A stretch of DNA of 64,000 nt from a virus (taxonomy: Duplodnaviria; Caudoviricetes), in IMG/VR virus record IMGVR_UViG_645948442_000001, positions 32,001 to 96,000 of that record. One strand, given 5' to 3'. The notes beneath the pieces are model-generated. The model did no database searches and had not been told where the DNA came from. It was given only the letters and a program-made list of their open reading frames with translations. Shown here in pieces: positions 39,139 to 49,212 of this stretch; position 1 is the first letter of the stretch, and each line of letters opens with the position of its first letter. Made by a program: the position numbers and the translations under genes.

Positions 39139-40904
39139 TGGCTGACTACAACACCCTGCCGGACAGCAAGTCCCAGGAGCCCAACAAGATCAAGAATGAT
39201 CCAGTGGACCTGACGCAAGCCCAGTTCAGCCAGATTTTTGGTGGCAATGGGACTGCTGAGTGGTTCAGCGTGATGAAGAAGCACACCAAAGAGAAAGGCA
39301 TTGACACCGTCTTCCGCCTGTCTGCCTTCTTCGCGCAAATCTCCGTGGAAACAGGCAAGCTGGGGCGCCTGGAGGAGAATCTGAACTACAGTGCGGGTCG
39401 TCTGGTTCAGGTGTTCCCCAAGTATTTCCAGTCCAAGGAACGGGCCAACGAGTATGCTGGTCAACCCAAGAAGATCGCCAGTCGGGTGTACGCCAACCGG
39501 ATGAACAACGGCGACGAGGCCTCCGGCGACGGTTGGACCTACCGGGGTCGTGGGTGCATTCAGCTGACGGGCAAGTACAACTACGAGGCCTGCACCCGTG
39601 GCGGCGTCAGCTGCATGGGCGCCAATGCTGACTATCTTCTGACGAAGGAAGGGGCCACCCGTTCTGCCGTTTGGTTCTGGTCGAGCAAGAACCTCAACGC
39701 TACGGCCGACCGTGGTGACTTCGCTACAGTGAGCCGGGTCATCAACGGCGGCACCAATGGCTGGACTGAACGCAATAATGAGTATGCCCGGATTCTGAAG
39801 ATTCTGGCCAACCTGTCACCTCTTGCTGAGGTGCAGACAGACCCAGGAGGCGAAGGCAACAACATTGTTGACCCAGTCATCCCTATTGATGACCGCACTC
39901 CCAACAAGACCCCGGTCAACGATGTGAAGGTCATAGTTGAGCCCATTCTCAACGGCAAGTCTGTGTATCCTTGGAACAAGTGTTTCGAGTCCAGGTCTGG
40001 GCATATCGTAGAGCTGGACGACACGCCCGACCGGGAGCGCATGCACTGGTACCATCGCACAGGCACATACACTGAATTCCAACCCAATGGTGACCGGGTT
40101 GAGAAGACAGTGCTGACTCGGTTTGTGTTCAGTGACTCCACCCAGGAGGCTGTGAAGGGTTCCTACAGCGCCTCGTATGGATCGTGGTACACCAACACTG
40201 AAGGCTCCCAGACCCACAACGCTGCTTTGGTGACATTCACAACACAGGGAGGCTTCAACGTCACTGCGCCTGTGGCCAAGTTCAGCGACATCATCGATGG
40301 GCAGATGTTGGTGGTGGACCACATCAAAGTCCGCCGGGGGTCGAAGTTTGGGAACGTGTGCGATCTCAAGGCTCGCCAGGCTGAATACTCTGAGCGAGCC
40401 GGCATCCTCACTGGGGCCAACCCAGGCCCAATACCAGGCAGCTACACAGGCCCCAATTGGGTCAACCGTGGCTACGGTGAACACACGATCAACGGCCTAC
40501 CGGCCCACGAACCCACAGACATCGCAGAAGGCAGCTGGGGAGTCCAGCTGGTGGACGCGAATCGCGGGCTGTTGTCTCACTCTCATGTCGGTTTCGAAGA
40601 CCAAACTGCGGGCGATGCAATATACAGGGTGGATGGCGATATCACCCAGACCAACGGCGGTCATCGCACTGAAGCCACCGAGGGCAAGCGGCACATAGCC
40701 TCGGGAGAGGCATTGAAGCTGGGGTCAAACACAGTAGTGATCCTGGAGGCCCCGGCTGGTGTGCTGGTCGATGTAGTTCGTCACAAGCCCATAGATGAGT
40801 TGCCTGACGTCGAACTGTTCGAAGATGGTGACATCATCACAGTGAATCTCAACAGGAAGTTGAGGCACTTTGTCAACAATGCTGGAACATGGGAGGAATC
40901 ATGA
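39138..40904 (+). CDS. GH19 muramidase fused to gp5-like C-terminal spike region
   Basis: AQISVETG..EENLNY, YRGRG.IQLTGKYNY, INGGTNG; YPWN..ESRSGHIVELDDTP. Confidence 0.85.
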   Translation: MADYNTLPDSKSQEPNKIKNDPVDLTQAQFSQIFGGNGTAEWFSVMKKHTKEKGIDTVFRLSAFFAQISVETGKLGRLEENLNYSAGRLVQVFPKYFQSKERANEYAGQPKKIASRVYANRMNNGDEASGDGWTYRGRGCIQLTGKYNYEACTRGGVSCMGANADYLLTKEGATRSAVWFWSSKNLNATADRGDFATVSRVINGGTNGWTERNNEYARILKILANLSPLAEVQTDPGGEGNNIVDPVIPIDDRTPNKTPVNDVKVIVEPILNGKSVYPWNKCFESRSGHIVELDDTPDRERMHWYHRTGTYTEFQPNGDRVEKTVLTRFVFSDSTQEAVKGSYSASYGSWYTNTEGSQTHNAALVTFTTQGGFNVTAPVAKFSDIIDGQMLVVDHIKVRRGSKFGNVCDLKARQAEYSERAGILTGANPGPIPGSYTGPNWVNRGYGEHTINGLPAHEPTDIAEGSWGVQLVDANRGLLSHSHVGFEDQTAGDAIYRVDGDITQTNGGHRTEATEGKRHIASGEALKLGSNTVVILEAPAGVLVDVVRHKPIDELPDVELFEDGDIITVNLNRKLRHFVNNAGTWEES

Positions 40905-41374
40905 GCACATACCTGCCACCAACACCTGTCCTGAACGACCCTTACGAGGGGCAGAAGCCTGACTTCTACAAGCGGACGCCGCGAGGTGAGGACGTCATCT
41001 ACATCGATCTGGACATGAATTTGGAGACCCACCCGATGACGGGTGACTTCGCTTTGGTCCGCAATGGTAAGGCTGTGATGCAGTCCATCCGCAACCTGGT
41101 GATGACCTCGGCAGGGGAGATACTGATGAACAGTGAGATCGGGGGCGGCGTCCCCGACAACATGTTCAACGCCATTGACTCGCTCACGGTGTTCAACCTG
41201 TCGTCGCAGATCAAGCGCACCATCGCCAACCATGAGCCTCGGGCTGAGGTGACTGACCTGTCCGTTTGGCGCGCCCCAGACAACGACCATGCCATCATCA
41301 TCAGTGTGAAATTCTTCATGCGAGGCTCCACCATTGAATACGATGAACAGATCACACTTGAAAGGACACGGTGA
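40901..41374 (+). CDS. gp25: baseplate wedge subunit (gp25-like)
   Basis: AVMQSIRNLV.T..GE, HEPRA, LERTR. Confidence 0.88.
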   Translation: MSTYLPPTPVLNDPYEGQKPDFYKRTPRGEDVIYIDLDMNLETHPMTGDFALVRNGKAVMQSIRNLVMTSAGEILMNSEIGGGVPDNMFNAIDSLTVFNLSSQIKRTIANHEPRAEVTDLSVWRAPDNDHAIIISVKFFMRGSTIEYDEQITLERTR

Positions 41375-41751
41375 TGTTTCAGACTGACACCAATCGCTTG
41401 AACAAGGCGAAAGCAGTGCCGGAGCTCAGGTTCAGCATTATCAGGGGAGAGACCGGGGAGATCAGGGTGAAGTCCCTAGCGCCTGATGGTTCTTACAGGT
41501 TCCTGACCCAGTATACAGGAACTGGGAACAACAGCGAACTCCTGGTTGAATTCTATGGCTCTGCGGGCGACGTGAACCATACGACGACTCAGCTCGGGAT
41601 TGACCCCAATGACCCTCGGGTGGGCATCATCCACATTGACAGTTCCGTTACTCAAAAATACAGGTTCTTCAAGATGAAGTTCAAGTGTCTGGGTGTGAAG
41701 GACAACGAGACTGTGGTGCTGTTCCGAGGCATCATCGACATTGGCATCTAA
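41371..41751 (+). CDS. hypothetical, probable baseplate-associated beta-sandwich protein
   Basis: Coupled to gp25; IIRGET..FRG pattern. Confidence 0.55.
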   Translation: MMFQTDTNRLNKAKAVPELRFSIIRGETGEIRVKSLAPDGSYRFLTQYTGTGNNSELLVEFYGSAGDVNHTTTQLGIDPNDPRVGIIHIDSSVTQKYRFFKMKFKCLGVKDNETVVLFRGIIDIGI

Positions 41752-41753
41752 TC

Positions 41754-41808
41754 AAATCCCCTCCCCTGCGGAGGGGATTTTGCTTTCTCGGGGATTCAAG
41801 GCTATACT
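41754..41808 (+). promoter_or_regulatory. hairpin plus early promoter cassette
   Basis: CCCCTCC/GGAGGGG stem, TTTTGCTTTC, GGCTATACT. Confidence 0.75.
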
Positions 41809-41838
41809 TCGCTGCGTCATTCAACAAAGGAGGGTAAC

Positions 41839-42039
41839 ATGAGTGTCCCGGTCCCCAAACCAACCCAGCAAATGGCTGATGGTATCCGCAACGGCATGCA
41901 GCATTATGTCGAGGACATGGCCAAGGCAGGCTACATCATCACCATTGAAACGCAGCCCCAAACCCCTCTGGCCATGGGCAATCACAAACCCGTGGTGAGC
42001 GTCCGTCTGTCCAACTCGGCTTACAGGGCGAAAGGCTGA
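41839..42039 (+). CDS. hypothetical protein
   Basis: AAGGAGG RBS. Confidence 0.7.
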   Translation: MSVPVPKPTQQMADGIRNGMQHYVEDMAKAGYIITIETQPQTPLAMGNHKPVVSVRLSNSAYRAKG

Positions 42040-42041
42040 CA

Positions 42042-43103
42042 ATGGAATTCCTCATGTACACGGTCGTCTTGACCGTGGCCTGGGTGATCGGTGTCTGTAT
42101 CTACGAGAAGCACATCAACTGGCTGGAGTCATTCCTCCAGTTGGGCGCTGCGACTGTGGTGGGCCTGGTCTTCAGCCTCACCCTGTTGAAGCTCGGCGAT
42201 TTCGATGCGGCCACCTACACAACACCAGTCACAGCCAAGGAGAAACGCAAGGTGGGTTGCGAGCATTCGTACACCACATGCACTGGCTCTGGAGATAAGC
42301 AGGTCTGCGTCACCAACTACGAGCACGCCTGGGACATCGATTGGGTTCTGGTGAACGAACTGGGAGACATCCGGGTGAACCGTGTGGATCGGCGTGGGCT
42401 GAAGGAGCCTCCTCGTTTCACCAAGGCGCAAGTCGGTGACCCTGTGTCTGACACCAAGATGTACACCAACTACATCAGCGCGGCCCCTGGTTCCTTGTTC
42501 AATCTGGTTGATGTCGGACTGCTCATCAACAAGTATGCGGGGTTGATCCCGGCATATCCGCAGAATGTGTACGACTACCACTACATGGACAAGGTGTTGG
42601 CTGTGAACTTCACCCTGCCTGAACAAGAGTTGTGGAATCGCGGCCTGGACAACATGCTGAAGACCATGAGCATGCGCAAGAACGTGAACATCATCAACGT
42701 GTTCATCAAGGGGCAACCGCAGGAGTACGCTGACGCCCTGGCTGCGAAGTGGTATGGCGGCAAACACAACGATGTGCTGGTGGTGACTGGTGTGTCCGAG
42801 TGGCCAGAGATTGAATGGGTGCGGGTGATCAGCTGGTCTGACTCCGAACTGTTCAAGGTCCAACTGCGTGACAAGCTGGAAGGCTTGCATCATGTGGACA
42901 GGGACCAATACCTGGCCAAGCAGGCCATGGCCGTTGAACACGGCTATGTTCACAAGAACAACAAGGACTTCGAATATCTCAAGGGTATGATCGATGTCCC
43001 GTTGTGGAAGTATGTGATGGTGCTATCCATCAACTTCCTCGTCAACCTCGCGATCACGGTGTTCCGGGTTCGCAGGAATCGCCCTCGCGGGTATCGCTAT
43101 TGA
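42042..43103 (+). CDS. membrane protein with large soluble domain
   Basis: Two N-terminal and one C-terminal hydrophobic segments. Confidence 0.75.
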   Translation: MEFLMYTVVLTVAWVIGVCIYEKHINWLESFLQLGAATVVGLVFSLTLLKLGDFDAATYTTPVTAKEKRKVGCEHSYTTCTGSGDKQVCVTNYEHAWDIDWVLVNELGDIRVNRVDRRGLKEPPRFTKAQVGDPVSDTKMYTNYISAAPGSLFNLVDVGLLINKYAGLIPAYPQNVYDYHYMDKVLAVNFTLPEQELWNRGLDNMLKTMSMRKNVNIINVFIKGQPQEYADALAAKWYGGKHNDVLVVTGVSEWPEIEWVRVISWSDSELFKVQLRDKLEGLHHVDRDQYLAKQAMAVEHGYVHKNNKDFEYLKGMIDVPLWKYVMVLSINFLVNLAITVFRVRRNRPRGYRY

Positions 43104-43128
43104 TCAAGCTCTCTTCACAAGGAAACAT

Positions 43129-43698
43129 ATGAGCAAAACCACCAAAATCGTCCTCGCCGTCGTGGGCCTCCTCTTCTTCGGCCTCGCCTCTCTGGTCGGT
43201 CTGGGTGTGATGTCCTACATCAAGCACAACGACATGGGCGCCCGCACTGAAGCGCAGCTGAAGTCCACCAACAACGCCAGCCGCGTTCAACTCGCCTCCA
43301 TGGGCAACAAGGTGGTGGAGATCGCCCAAGTGCCGGAGATGTCCAAGGATCACATCCTCGAAACGGCCAAGGCCGCCATCGAAGGTCGCTATGGCCCGGG
43401 TGGGTCCAAGGCTGTGTTCCAGGCTATCCGTGAAGTGAACCCGACGGTGGACCCGGCGCTGTACGTCAAGGTCCAGCAGGTGATCGACTCCGAGCGCAAC
43501 AAGTTCGTGGTCAGCCAGCAGGCCGTCCTGGACCGCAAGGCGGCATACGAGACCATGCTGAACTCCACCTGGTCGGGCATCTGGCTCAAGTTCGCTGGCT
43601 ACCCGAAGATGGATCTGAATGTCATCAAGGCTGTCTCCAGCGACCGTGCTGACCAAGCGTTCGACACGGGCAAGGAAGGCCCCATCAAGCTGCGCTGA
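43129..43698 (+). CDS. membrane-anchored helical protein (LemA-like)
   Basis: N-terminal TM, helical body, AGYP near C-terminus. Confidence 0.6.
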   Translation: MSKTTKIVLAVVGLLFFGLASLVGLGVMSYIKHNDMGARTEAQLKSTNNASRVQLASMGNKVVEIAQVPEMSKDHILETAKAAIEGRYGPGGSKAVFQAIREVNPTVDPALYVKVQQVIDSERNKFVVSQQAVLDRKAAYETMLNSTWSGIWLKFAGYPKMDLNVIKAVSSDRADQAFDTGKEGPIKLR

Positions 43699-43749
43699 TC
43701 AACCGAGGCCCCTTGGGGCCTCCCTCTCATTCGACAAGGACACACTACC

Positions 43750-44217
43750 ATGAAGCAAGTCAACGGCAACCTCATCACCATGGCCAAGGCCGGGCAATTC
43801 GACGTCATCATCCACGGCGCCAACTGTTTTCACACCATGGGTGCTGGCATCGCCGAGAAGATCGCCAAGGAATATCCCGAGGCCCTGGTGGCGGACCAGA
43901 TGACCCCATACGGCGACTTTGACAAGCTGGGCACCATCAGCACAGTGCGCACCGTGAGCAAGGAAGGCACTCCTGTCGTGGTGGTCAATGCCTACACCCA
44001 GTTCATGACCGGCCCCCAGGCCCGTCTACATGCCGTCCGGTCTGCGTTCTCGGCTGTGCGGGAATGGTGTCTGGAACAACCCGACGGCCACCTGCTCAGG
44101 ATCGGATACCCTGCTGTCGGATGTGGCATCGGTGGTCTCGACATGGAAGATGTCCTGACTGTCATCAACCATGAAATGCGTGGCATGGACCACACCCTGG
44201 TGATCTACCAACCCTGA
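43750..44217 (+). CDS. macrodomain (ADP-ribose-binding/hydrolase) protein
   Basis: HGANCFHTMGAGIA, NAYTQ, PAVGCGIGG. Confidence 0.9.
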   Translation: MKQVNGNLITMAKAGQFDVIIHGANCFHTMGAGIAEKIAKEYPEALVADQMTPYGDFDKLGTISTVRTVSKEGTPVVVVNAYTQFMTGPQARLHAVRSAFSAVREWCLEQPDGHLLRIGYPAVGCGIGGLDMEDVLTVINHEMRGMDHTLVIYQP

Positions 44218-44227
44218 AGGAAATCAA

Positions 44228-44953
44228 GTGAAGAAGAATCGACTCCTCCTGGCCGCGATGGCCGTGCTTGCCGCTTTCGGGCTCGTCGGCTGTGACGAGA
44301 ACGAGAAGGTAGAGGATGCTGAGCGCGAAGCCCAGTCTCGCGCTCTGGCCCAGAACAACAGCGAGAAGGAAACACTGGCTGCTGTGAAGGCCTCGCTCCA
44401 GAAGCAAGACCCCAACATCAAGGAGGTGTACCTGGGCAACGATGATGAGGGCCACAAGGCCCTGTTCATCCACAAGCAGAAGGAAGGCGGTGACATCGAG
44501 GAGCTGGTGCTCCCGTACGCCGTCTACCAGCAGATGCTCAAGGAGGCAACGGCCAAGGCTGCGACTGAAGCCAACAAGCAACCCCAGCAAGCAACCAATG
44601 GCGGCCCCAGCGGCATGGAAATGATGATGTACGGCATGGCAGGCGCTGCGATGGGCACCATGCTGGCCAGCGCCCTGTCCAACCGCATGAGCGGTGCTTC
44701 GAACCAGTTCGATGAACGCAAGCGGCGCACCTACTCTGGCGGCGGGGCGAATGCGGCGGCCATGGCCGCGATGAACAACTCCACCAACGGGTATCGCCAG
44801 AGCACCTTGAGCAGCTATCGCAGCAGCGCAGCAGCCAGTCGCGGCATCAGCTCCTCCAGCGTGTCCAAGGCCTCGGGCAGCGTCGGCCGTTCCAGTGGCG
44901 GCTCATTCTCCTCGTCAGGCGCCCGCTCCGGTGGCTACAGCTCGGGAGGATGA
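44228..44953 (+). CDS. lipoprotein with Gly/Ser/Arg-rich tail (YgiB-like architecture)
   Basis: Lipobox LVGC; ends ARSGGYSSGG; upstream of GSP-synthase-like gene. Confidence 0.65.
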   Translation: MKKNRLLLAAMAVLAAFGLVGCDENEKVEDAEREAQSRALAQNNSEKETLAAVKASLQKQDPNIKEVYLGNDDEGHKALFIHKQKEGGDIEELVLPYAVYQQMLKEATAKAATEANKQPQQATNGGPSGMEMMMYGMAGAAMGTMLASALSNRMSGASNQFDERKRRTYSGGGANAAAMAAMNNSTNGYRQSTLSSYRSSAAASRGISSSSVSKASGSVGRSSGGSFSSSGARSGGYSSGG

Positions 44954-44954
44954 C

Positions 44955-45149
44955 ATGACCTTCACCCTGGGCATGTGGGTGTTGCCCACAATCATCACTT
45001 TCTCTGCGTTCTTCTGGGCGCTCTGTATCGTGAAACCAGGGTCTGGCTGGTTCTCTGGCCTGCCCAACGTTCTCGCATTGATCCCAGCCAGCGTGATCTC
45101 TCTGGCCAGCTGGGTCGCGTTCTCCATCTATCTCGTCGTCACGAAATGA
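44955..45149 (+). CDS. small two-TM membrane protein
   Basis: GGAGGA RBS; two hydrophobic segments. Confidence 0.7.
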   Translation: MTFTLGMWVLPTIITFSAFFWALCIVKPGSGWFSGLPNVLALIPASVISLASWVAFSIYLVVTK

Positions 45150-46450
45150 AAATCAAGTCCACCATCGCCAACGTCTCTCTCAATATGGGTGAGATTGTTG
45201 ATCAAGAACTGCCCAACGTGTCGCTGTTCTACTCCAACGGCCAGGGCGACCTCAAGCAAGATGCCAAAGAGTTGTTCGAGTACATGATCAAGAACAATGG
45301 CCGCCTGCCCATCTACAGCATCGATCAGGCCTCTGTGGACTCCATCATGGGCACCGCAGGTGCGGCCTACGCCGCGATGGGCCACGCCCTGGACATCATG
45401 TTCTCCATGAACGACGATGACATCAAGCAGTGGTACCCATGCGAGGCCTCGCGCCATCCGGCCTTCGATGGCTTCCTGCTCATGGCCAAGCACACCTGGA
45501 CGGAACGCCACCCCACGGTGTACGGGCGCTTCGATCTGGCCATCAACCCAAATCTGGGCACCGTCAAGGGCATCTACGAGTTCAACGGCGATACCCCGGT
45601 CATGCTGTTCGAGAGCGTCAACCTCCAGAACATGATCAGCGAGAAGATGGACCGGCCTGATGACCAGGCCAACCGCTGGTGGCTGGACACTGCCGGCCGC
45701 AGGCAGGAATTCACAGGCAAGAAGGTTGCCATTGTCTGTGACCCTGGATTCATCGAGGACACAGTCAGCTGCGACACGCTGGCCCAGGCCTTGACCGAGG
45801 CGGGCGCAGTGACCTACTTCACTGACATCCAGAGCTTCAATCACGATGTGCTGTCGCTGCGCAAGCCATTCTTCGTGGAAGGCGTGGATGCCCCGGTGGA
45901 CATGGCGTTCATGCTTCTGCCCTGGGAGGAGATGATCATCGGCGAGAAGTCCCAGGAGATTCTGGTGCACTGGGAGCAGTGGGTCGATCAGGTCAAGTTC
46001 CTTGAACCGGCCTGGCGCTGGTTCATGAGCCACAAGGGCTTCATGGCCTGGATGACCTGGCTGATCCAGAACGACGAGGAATTCCGTGACAAGTGGGGCG
46101 ATCTGCCCTTCCTGGAGACCTACCTGGTCGATGACCAGAACAGCTACGAGCAGGTTGCTCGTCTGGAGCAATCGGGCAACTACGTGCTGAAGCCCGTCAC
46201 TGGTCGCCTGAGCAACAACATACAGGTGTTCGAGCAAGGCCAGCAGCAGACCGACACCGGGGGCCACTACTCGGACGAACCCATGGTGATCCAAGCCTTG
46301 TGTCGCCCCGGCCGCATTGATGGAGCAAACTTCATCGCTGGCGTATGGTTGGCCGACACCGAACCGGCCTCCCTGTGCTTCCGCGAGTTCGACAGCCCGG
46401 TGCTCAGCATCGCCAACGAACGGTTCAAGGCCCACGTCATCGACGGTTGA
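45146..46450 (+). CDS. glutathionylspermidine-synthase-family ATP-grasp ligase (YgiC-like)
   Basis: YGRFDL, YEFNGDTP.MLFES, PWE, EPAW..SHKG, YVLKP..GR. Confidence 0.88.
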   Translation: MKIKSTIANVSLNMGEIVDQELPNVSLFYSNGQGDLKQDAKELFEYMIKNNGRLPIYSIDQASVDSIMGTAGAAYAAMGHALDIMFSMNDDDIKQWYPCEASRHPAFDGFLLMAKHTWTERHPTVYGRFDLAINPNLGTVKGIYEFNGDTPVMLFESVNLQNMISEKMDRPDDQANRWWLDTAGRRQEFTGKKVAIVCDPGFIEDTVSCDTLAQALTEAGAVTYFTDIQSFNHDVLSLRKPFFVEGVDAPVDMAFMLLPWEEMIIGEKSQEILVHWEQWVDQVKFLEPAWRWFMSHKGFMAWMTWLIQNDEEFRDKWGDLPFLETYLVDDQNSYEQVARLEQSGNYVLKPVTGRLSNNIQVFEQGQQQTDTGGHYSDEPMVIQALCRPGRIDGANFIAGVWLADTEPASLCFREFDSPVLSIANERFKAHVIDG

Positions 46451-46500
46451 TCAAAAGCCCCTTCGCGCCGAAGGGGCAATTCTTCAGCTATAATTGTCTC

Positions 46501-46983
46501 ATGCCCTACACCAATGCTGATATCCCCGTCGAGAAGGTCAAACAACGTTTGATCATGACCGGCGAACTGCTCCATGAGGTCGCTGATCACTTTGAGCAGT
46601 ACAACAAGACTGAAGACAAGGTGCACACCGCTGCCTTGGCTGATGTCTTGGTGAGCAAGTACGGCTGGCGTCGCGTGCATCATGACATGATAGTGTTGCA
46701 TGGGGCCTGCTGGTGGTCAAGTCGAGGCGGGTTGGCCATATCGCATGAGCCGATCCTTCACCTCTACAGCCAATACAGTGGTGACCCAAGCTACCCTGTG
46801 CCTTCGCCCGAACAAAGCGTATCCGCCAAGGATGCGTTCTGTAAGGGTCAACCGGATATGTGGATTGGCCAGTATGGCCGAGACCGCATTGGATTGCTCA
46901 GGTTGGTGGCTAATCAAGCCACCGCCTGCGCTGAGCTCCCTCCTCTTCAACCAATCTTCAAGAAAGAAGTGAAACATGAATGA
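46501..46983 (+). CDS. hypothetical protein, SG..[FY]PV/YG..R family
   Basis: SGDPSYPVP..WIGQYGRDR; ATG 6 nt after TATAAT. Confidence 0.7.
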   Translation: MPYTNADIPVEKVKQRLIMTGELLHEVADHFEQYNKTEDKVHTAALADVLVSKYGWRRVHHDMIVLHGACWWSSRGGLAISHEPILHLYSQYSGDPSYPVPSPEQSVSAKDAFCKGQPDMWIGQYGRDRIGLLRLVANQATACAELPPLQPIFKKEVKHE

Positions 46984-47533
46984 ATTCGGCAACTACCTGC
47001 AAGCCAAGGCTGAATCGCGAGGCGAATACATCGCAGCGCTGAACGCTTTGAAGGTGGGCATCAACGCCGCACTGCCCATCTACCGTGAATTCCACGAGGG
47101 CAAGATCGACGAGGATGGTCTGAAGGACAAGCTCAAGGCCGCTGGCCTGTGGAAGTCCGACATCTTCAAGCCCCACGCATGCGGCTATTGCCGCCTGATC
47201 CGCGGCATCATCAATAATCAGAAGGGTGTGTCCTACCAGGCTGTCTGCCCCAAGGTCACCACCATCCACAGCGGCGACGAGCACTTCCCCGTGAAGGTGT
47301 ACGGCGACGATGGTTCCCCTTCTGACGCCTACCGCGAGGCATCCGTCGAGGGCACCCTTTGGAAGGATGCGTATGGCCGTTCGCGCCTGCGCAGCCTGCA
47401 GATGTTCCTCGAGCACATCAACGAGGACATCCTCAACCCAGAGCGCCGCGCCCCAGAGCCTGAAGTCGAGCCTGACACCCCCAAGGAAGACCCCGGCCCG
47501 GCAGCGGAAGCAGACGATGGCGATGACGCATGA
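46976..47533 (+). CDS. hypothetical protein, SG..[FY]PV/YG..R family
   Basis: SGDEHFPV..WKDAYGRSR. Confidence 0.75.
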   Translation: MNEFGNYLQAKAESRGEYIAALNALKVGINAALPIYREFHEGKIDEDGLKDKLKAAGLWKSDIFKPHACGYCRLIRGIINNQKGVSYQAVCPKVTTIHSGDEHFPVKVYGDDGSPSDAYREASVEGTLWKDAYGRSRLRSLQMFLEHINEDILNPERRAPEPEVEPDTPKEDPGPAAEADDGDDA

Positions 47534-47738
47534 TGGATTCACGCCTCGGCGCGTGAGCACAGAGACCATCCCACAGCGGCCACAGCACAAGATCACCATC
47601 GACCTGAAGACCCGCGAAGGTGTGATCGCGGCGATGGTGGCAGGGGAAATCGCCGCGATCTCCCCTGATGATGCCAAAGCCATTGCTTCCATCATCCAGG
47701 GCAGAGCCATCCAAGGCATGCGCGGCGCCATGGCCTGA
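47517..47738 (+). CDS. hypothetical protein
   Basis: Short ORF ending at hairpin cassette. Confidence 0.55.
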   Translation: MAMTHDGFTPRRVSTETIPQRPQHKITIDLKTREGVIAAMVAGEIAAISPDDAKAIASIIQGRAIQGMRGAMA

Positions 47739-47832
47739 ACAAAGCCCCTTCCAAGTGAAGGGGCTTTTGCTTTCCCCATCCTGGGATTATAATCAATCGC
47801 ATCAACCATTAATACTCTTGAAAGGAGTTTCC

Positions 47833-48198
47833 ATGAAACGCTTCGCTCGCATGATCGCCATCCTCGCTTTGGCAACTGCTGGTGTCTCCGCCTTTGCCCA
47901 GTCTTACAGCTGGGGCAACTTCAGCATCGGGGACCGACACAGTCGCATCAGCGGTGGCTTCAGTCAATACGATCGGGGGTATGGTGGCTACGGTTACAAC
48001 CGGCCCATGCCCCCTTCTGTTCCCCGCTATGAACACTTCATCCCTCAACATGTCTACCGTCACAATCATGGCCATTACCGTGATCAACGTCTGTGCATGG
48101 ACGACTACCGTGCTCGCTGCTACGCTGACCGTCGCTACGGCAGCACCTACAGCTGCGATGTCCCGCCTGTCGCCGTGCGCCAAGCATGTATGAGGTGA
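47833..48198 (+). CDS. secreted Tyr/Arg/Gly-rich protein
   Basis: AAGGAG RBS; Sec signal MKRFARMIAILALATAGVSAFA. Confidence 0.75.
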   Translation: MKRFARMIAILALATAGVSAFAQSYSWGNFSIGDRHSRISGGFSQYDRGYGGYGYNRPMPPSVPRYEHFIPQHVYRHNHGHYRDQRLCMDDYRARCYADRRYGSTYSCDVPPVAVRQACMR

Positions 48199-48923
48199 AA
48201 ATGTTCAATCTGAGAGAAGCAACTCTGGACGCTGGCGTCCCGCAATCCCGCATCGACGAGGCGATGGCTAATTTCGATCTGGCCAAGAAAATCCACAAGG
48301 GCATGGACTGGATTGGCCTTTGGGCCCCATTCGTCATGCTCTGGGTCTGCTGGGGTGGATACCCGGCCAAGGTGGATGGAAAGTGGCGATGGAAGCGGGT
48401 CACCAACTGGGAAGACAACAAGTTGCCGGAGCGATGGTGGAAGTACGACAACAACGTCAGCATGAATGGTGACGGCTGGGGCATGATCCTCTCTGATGGC
48501 ACTCACACAAGCCGGTTCAGCCGGGAGGAGGTCGACAGTGGACAAACCATCCCCATCCCTTACACTGACCCTGCGTACAAGGGCGACTCGTACTATTGCA
48601 AGGGCCACCACCCTCGCAGCCGTTTGGCTCGCTACGTCTGGATGGGTCTCCGCAATCGAGGTTCTCTGTACGCACTTGAAATGGGTCATAGCCTGGATCC
48701 GTTCAAGCCACTTGAGCAGTGGGGTGTCCTGAACCAAGGCAAGGAGATCGATGGAGTCAAGGTGATCTGCTGCGACGGTGTCTGGCAGCTGACCGAGACC
48801 AAGAAGCGTGGTTGGATTGAGATCAACCGCAACGTGGGTTTCAAGGTGAACAACGCCCGCACAGGCAACGTCACCAAGGCTGCGGTCACCTGGTCGCCAT
48901 TCTATTTCCGCATTCGCCCTTGA
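48186..48923 (+). CDS. Trp-rich hypothetical protein
   Basis: NGDGW and RYVWMGLRN motifs; start may be 48201. Confidence 0.7.
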   Translation: MYEVKMFNLREATLDAGVPQSRIDEAMANFDLAKKIHKGMDWIGLWAPFVMLWVCWGGYPAKVDGKWRWKRVTNWEDNKLPERWWKYDNNVSMNGDGWGMILSDGTHTSRFSREEVDSGQTIPIPYTDPAYKGDSYYCKGHHPRSRLARYVWMGLRNRGSLYALEMGHSLDPFKPLEQWGVLNQGKEIDGVKVICCDGVWQLTETKKRGWIEINRNVGFKVNNARTGNVTKAAVTWSPFYFRIRP

Positions 48924-48984
48924 GCAAAGCCCCTCCCCTGCGGAGGGGCTTTTTGCTTTCTGGGCCATCAGCTATAATGGTAGC

Positions 48985-49212
48985 ATGACTGAAATGAACG
49001 AACAGAACCAAATCCCGGCATCCAAGGAGCAAAGTGATGCTCTGGACGAAGCCTTGGGCCTTCAGGCTGTGTCCTTCCGCATCCCCAAGGCAACCCATCA
49101 GGCCATCAAGGAAGAAGCAGAGAAGCGCGGCGTCACCGAATCTGCGATGATGCGATTCATCCTGTCTGAATGGGAAGGTCTCCGTCAATGGAGTCACGGC
49201 CAAGGGTTCTGA
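48985..49212 (+). CDS. ribbon-helix-helix (Arc/CopG-like) DNA-binding protein
   Basis: VSFRIP..IKEEAEKRGVTESAMMR. Confidence 0.7.
   Translation: MTEMNEQNQIPASKEQSDALDEALGLQAVSFRIPKATHQAIKEEAEKRGVTESAMMRFILSEWEGLRQWSHGQGF

Noticed and set aside
48952-48978. T4 MotA-box-like TTTGCTTT upstream of -10 boxes
   Set aside because: It coincides with the terminator U-tract, spacing varies (only ~4 nt at 56548-56560) and many promoters lack it.
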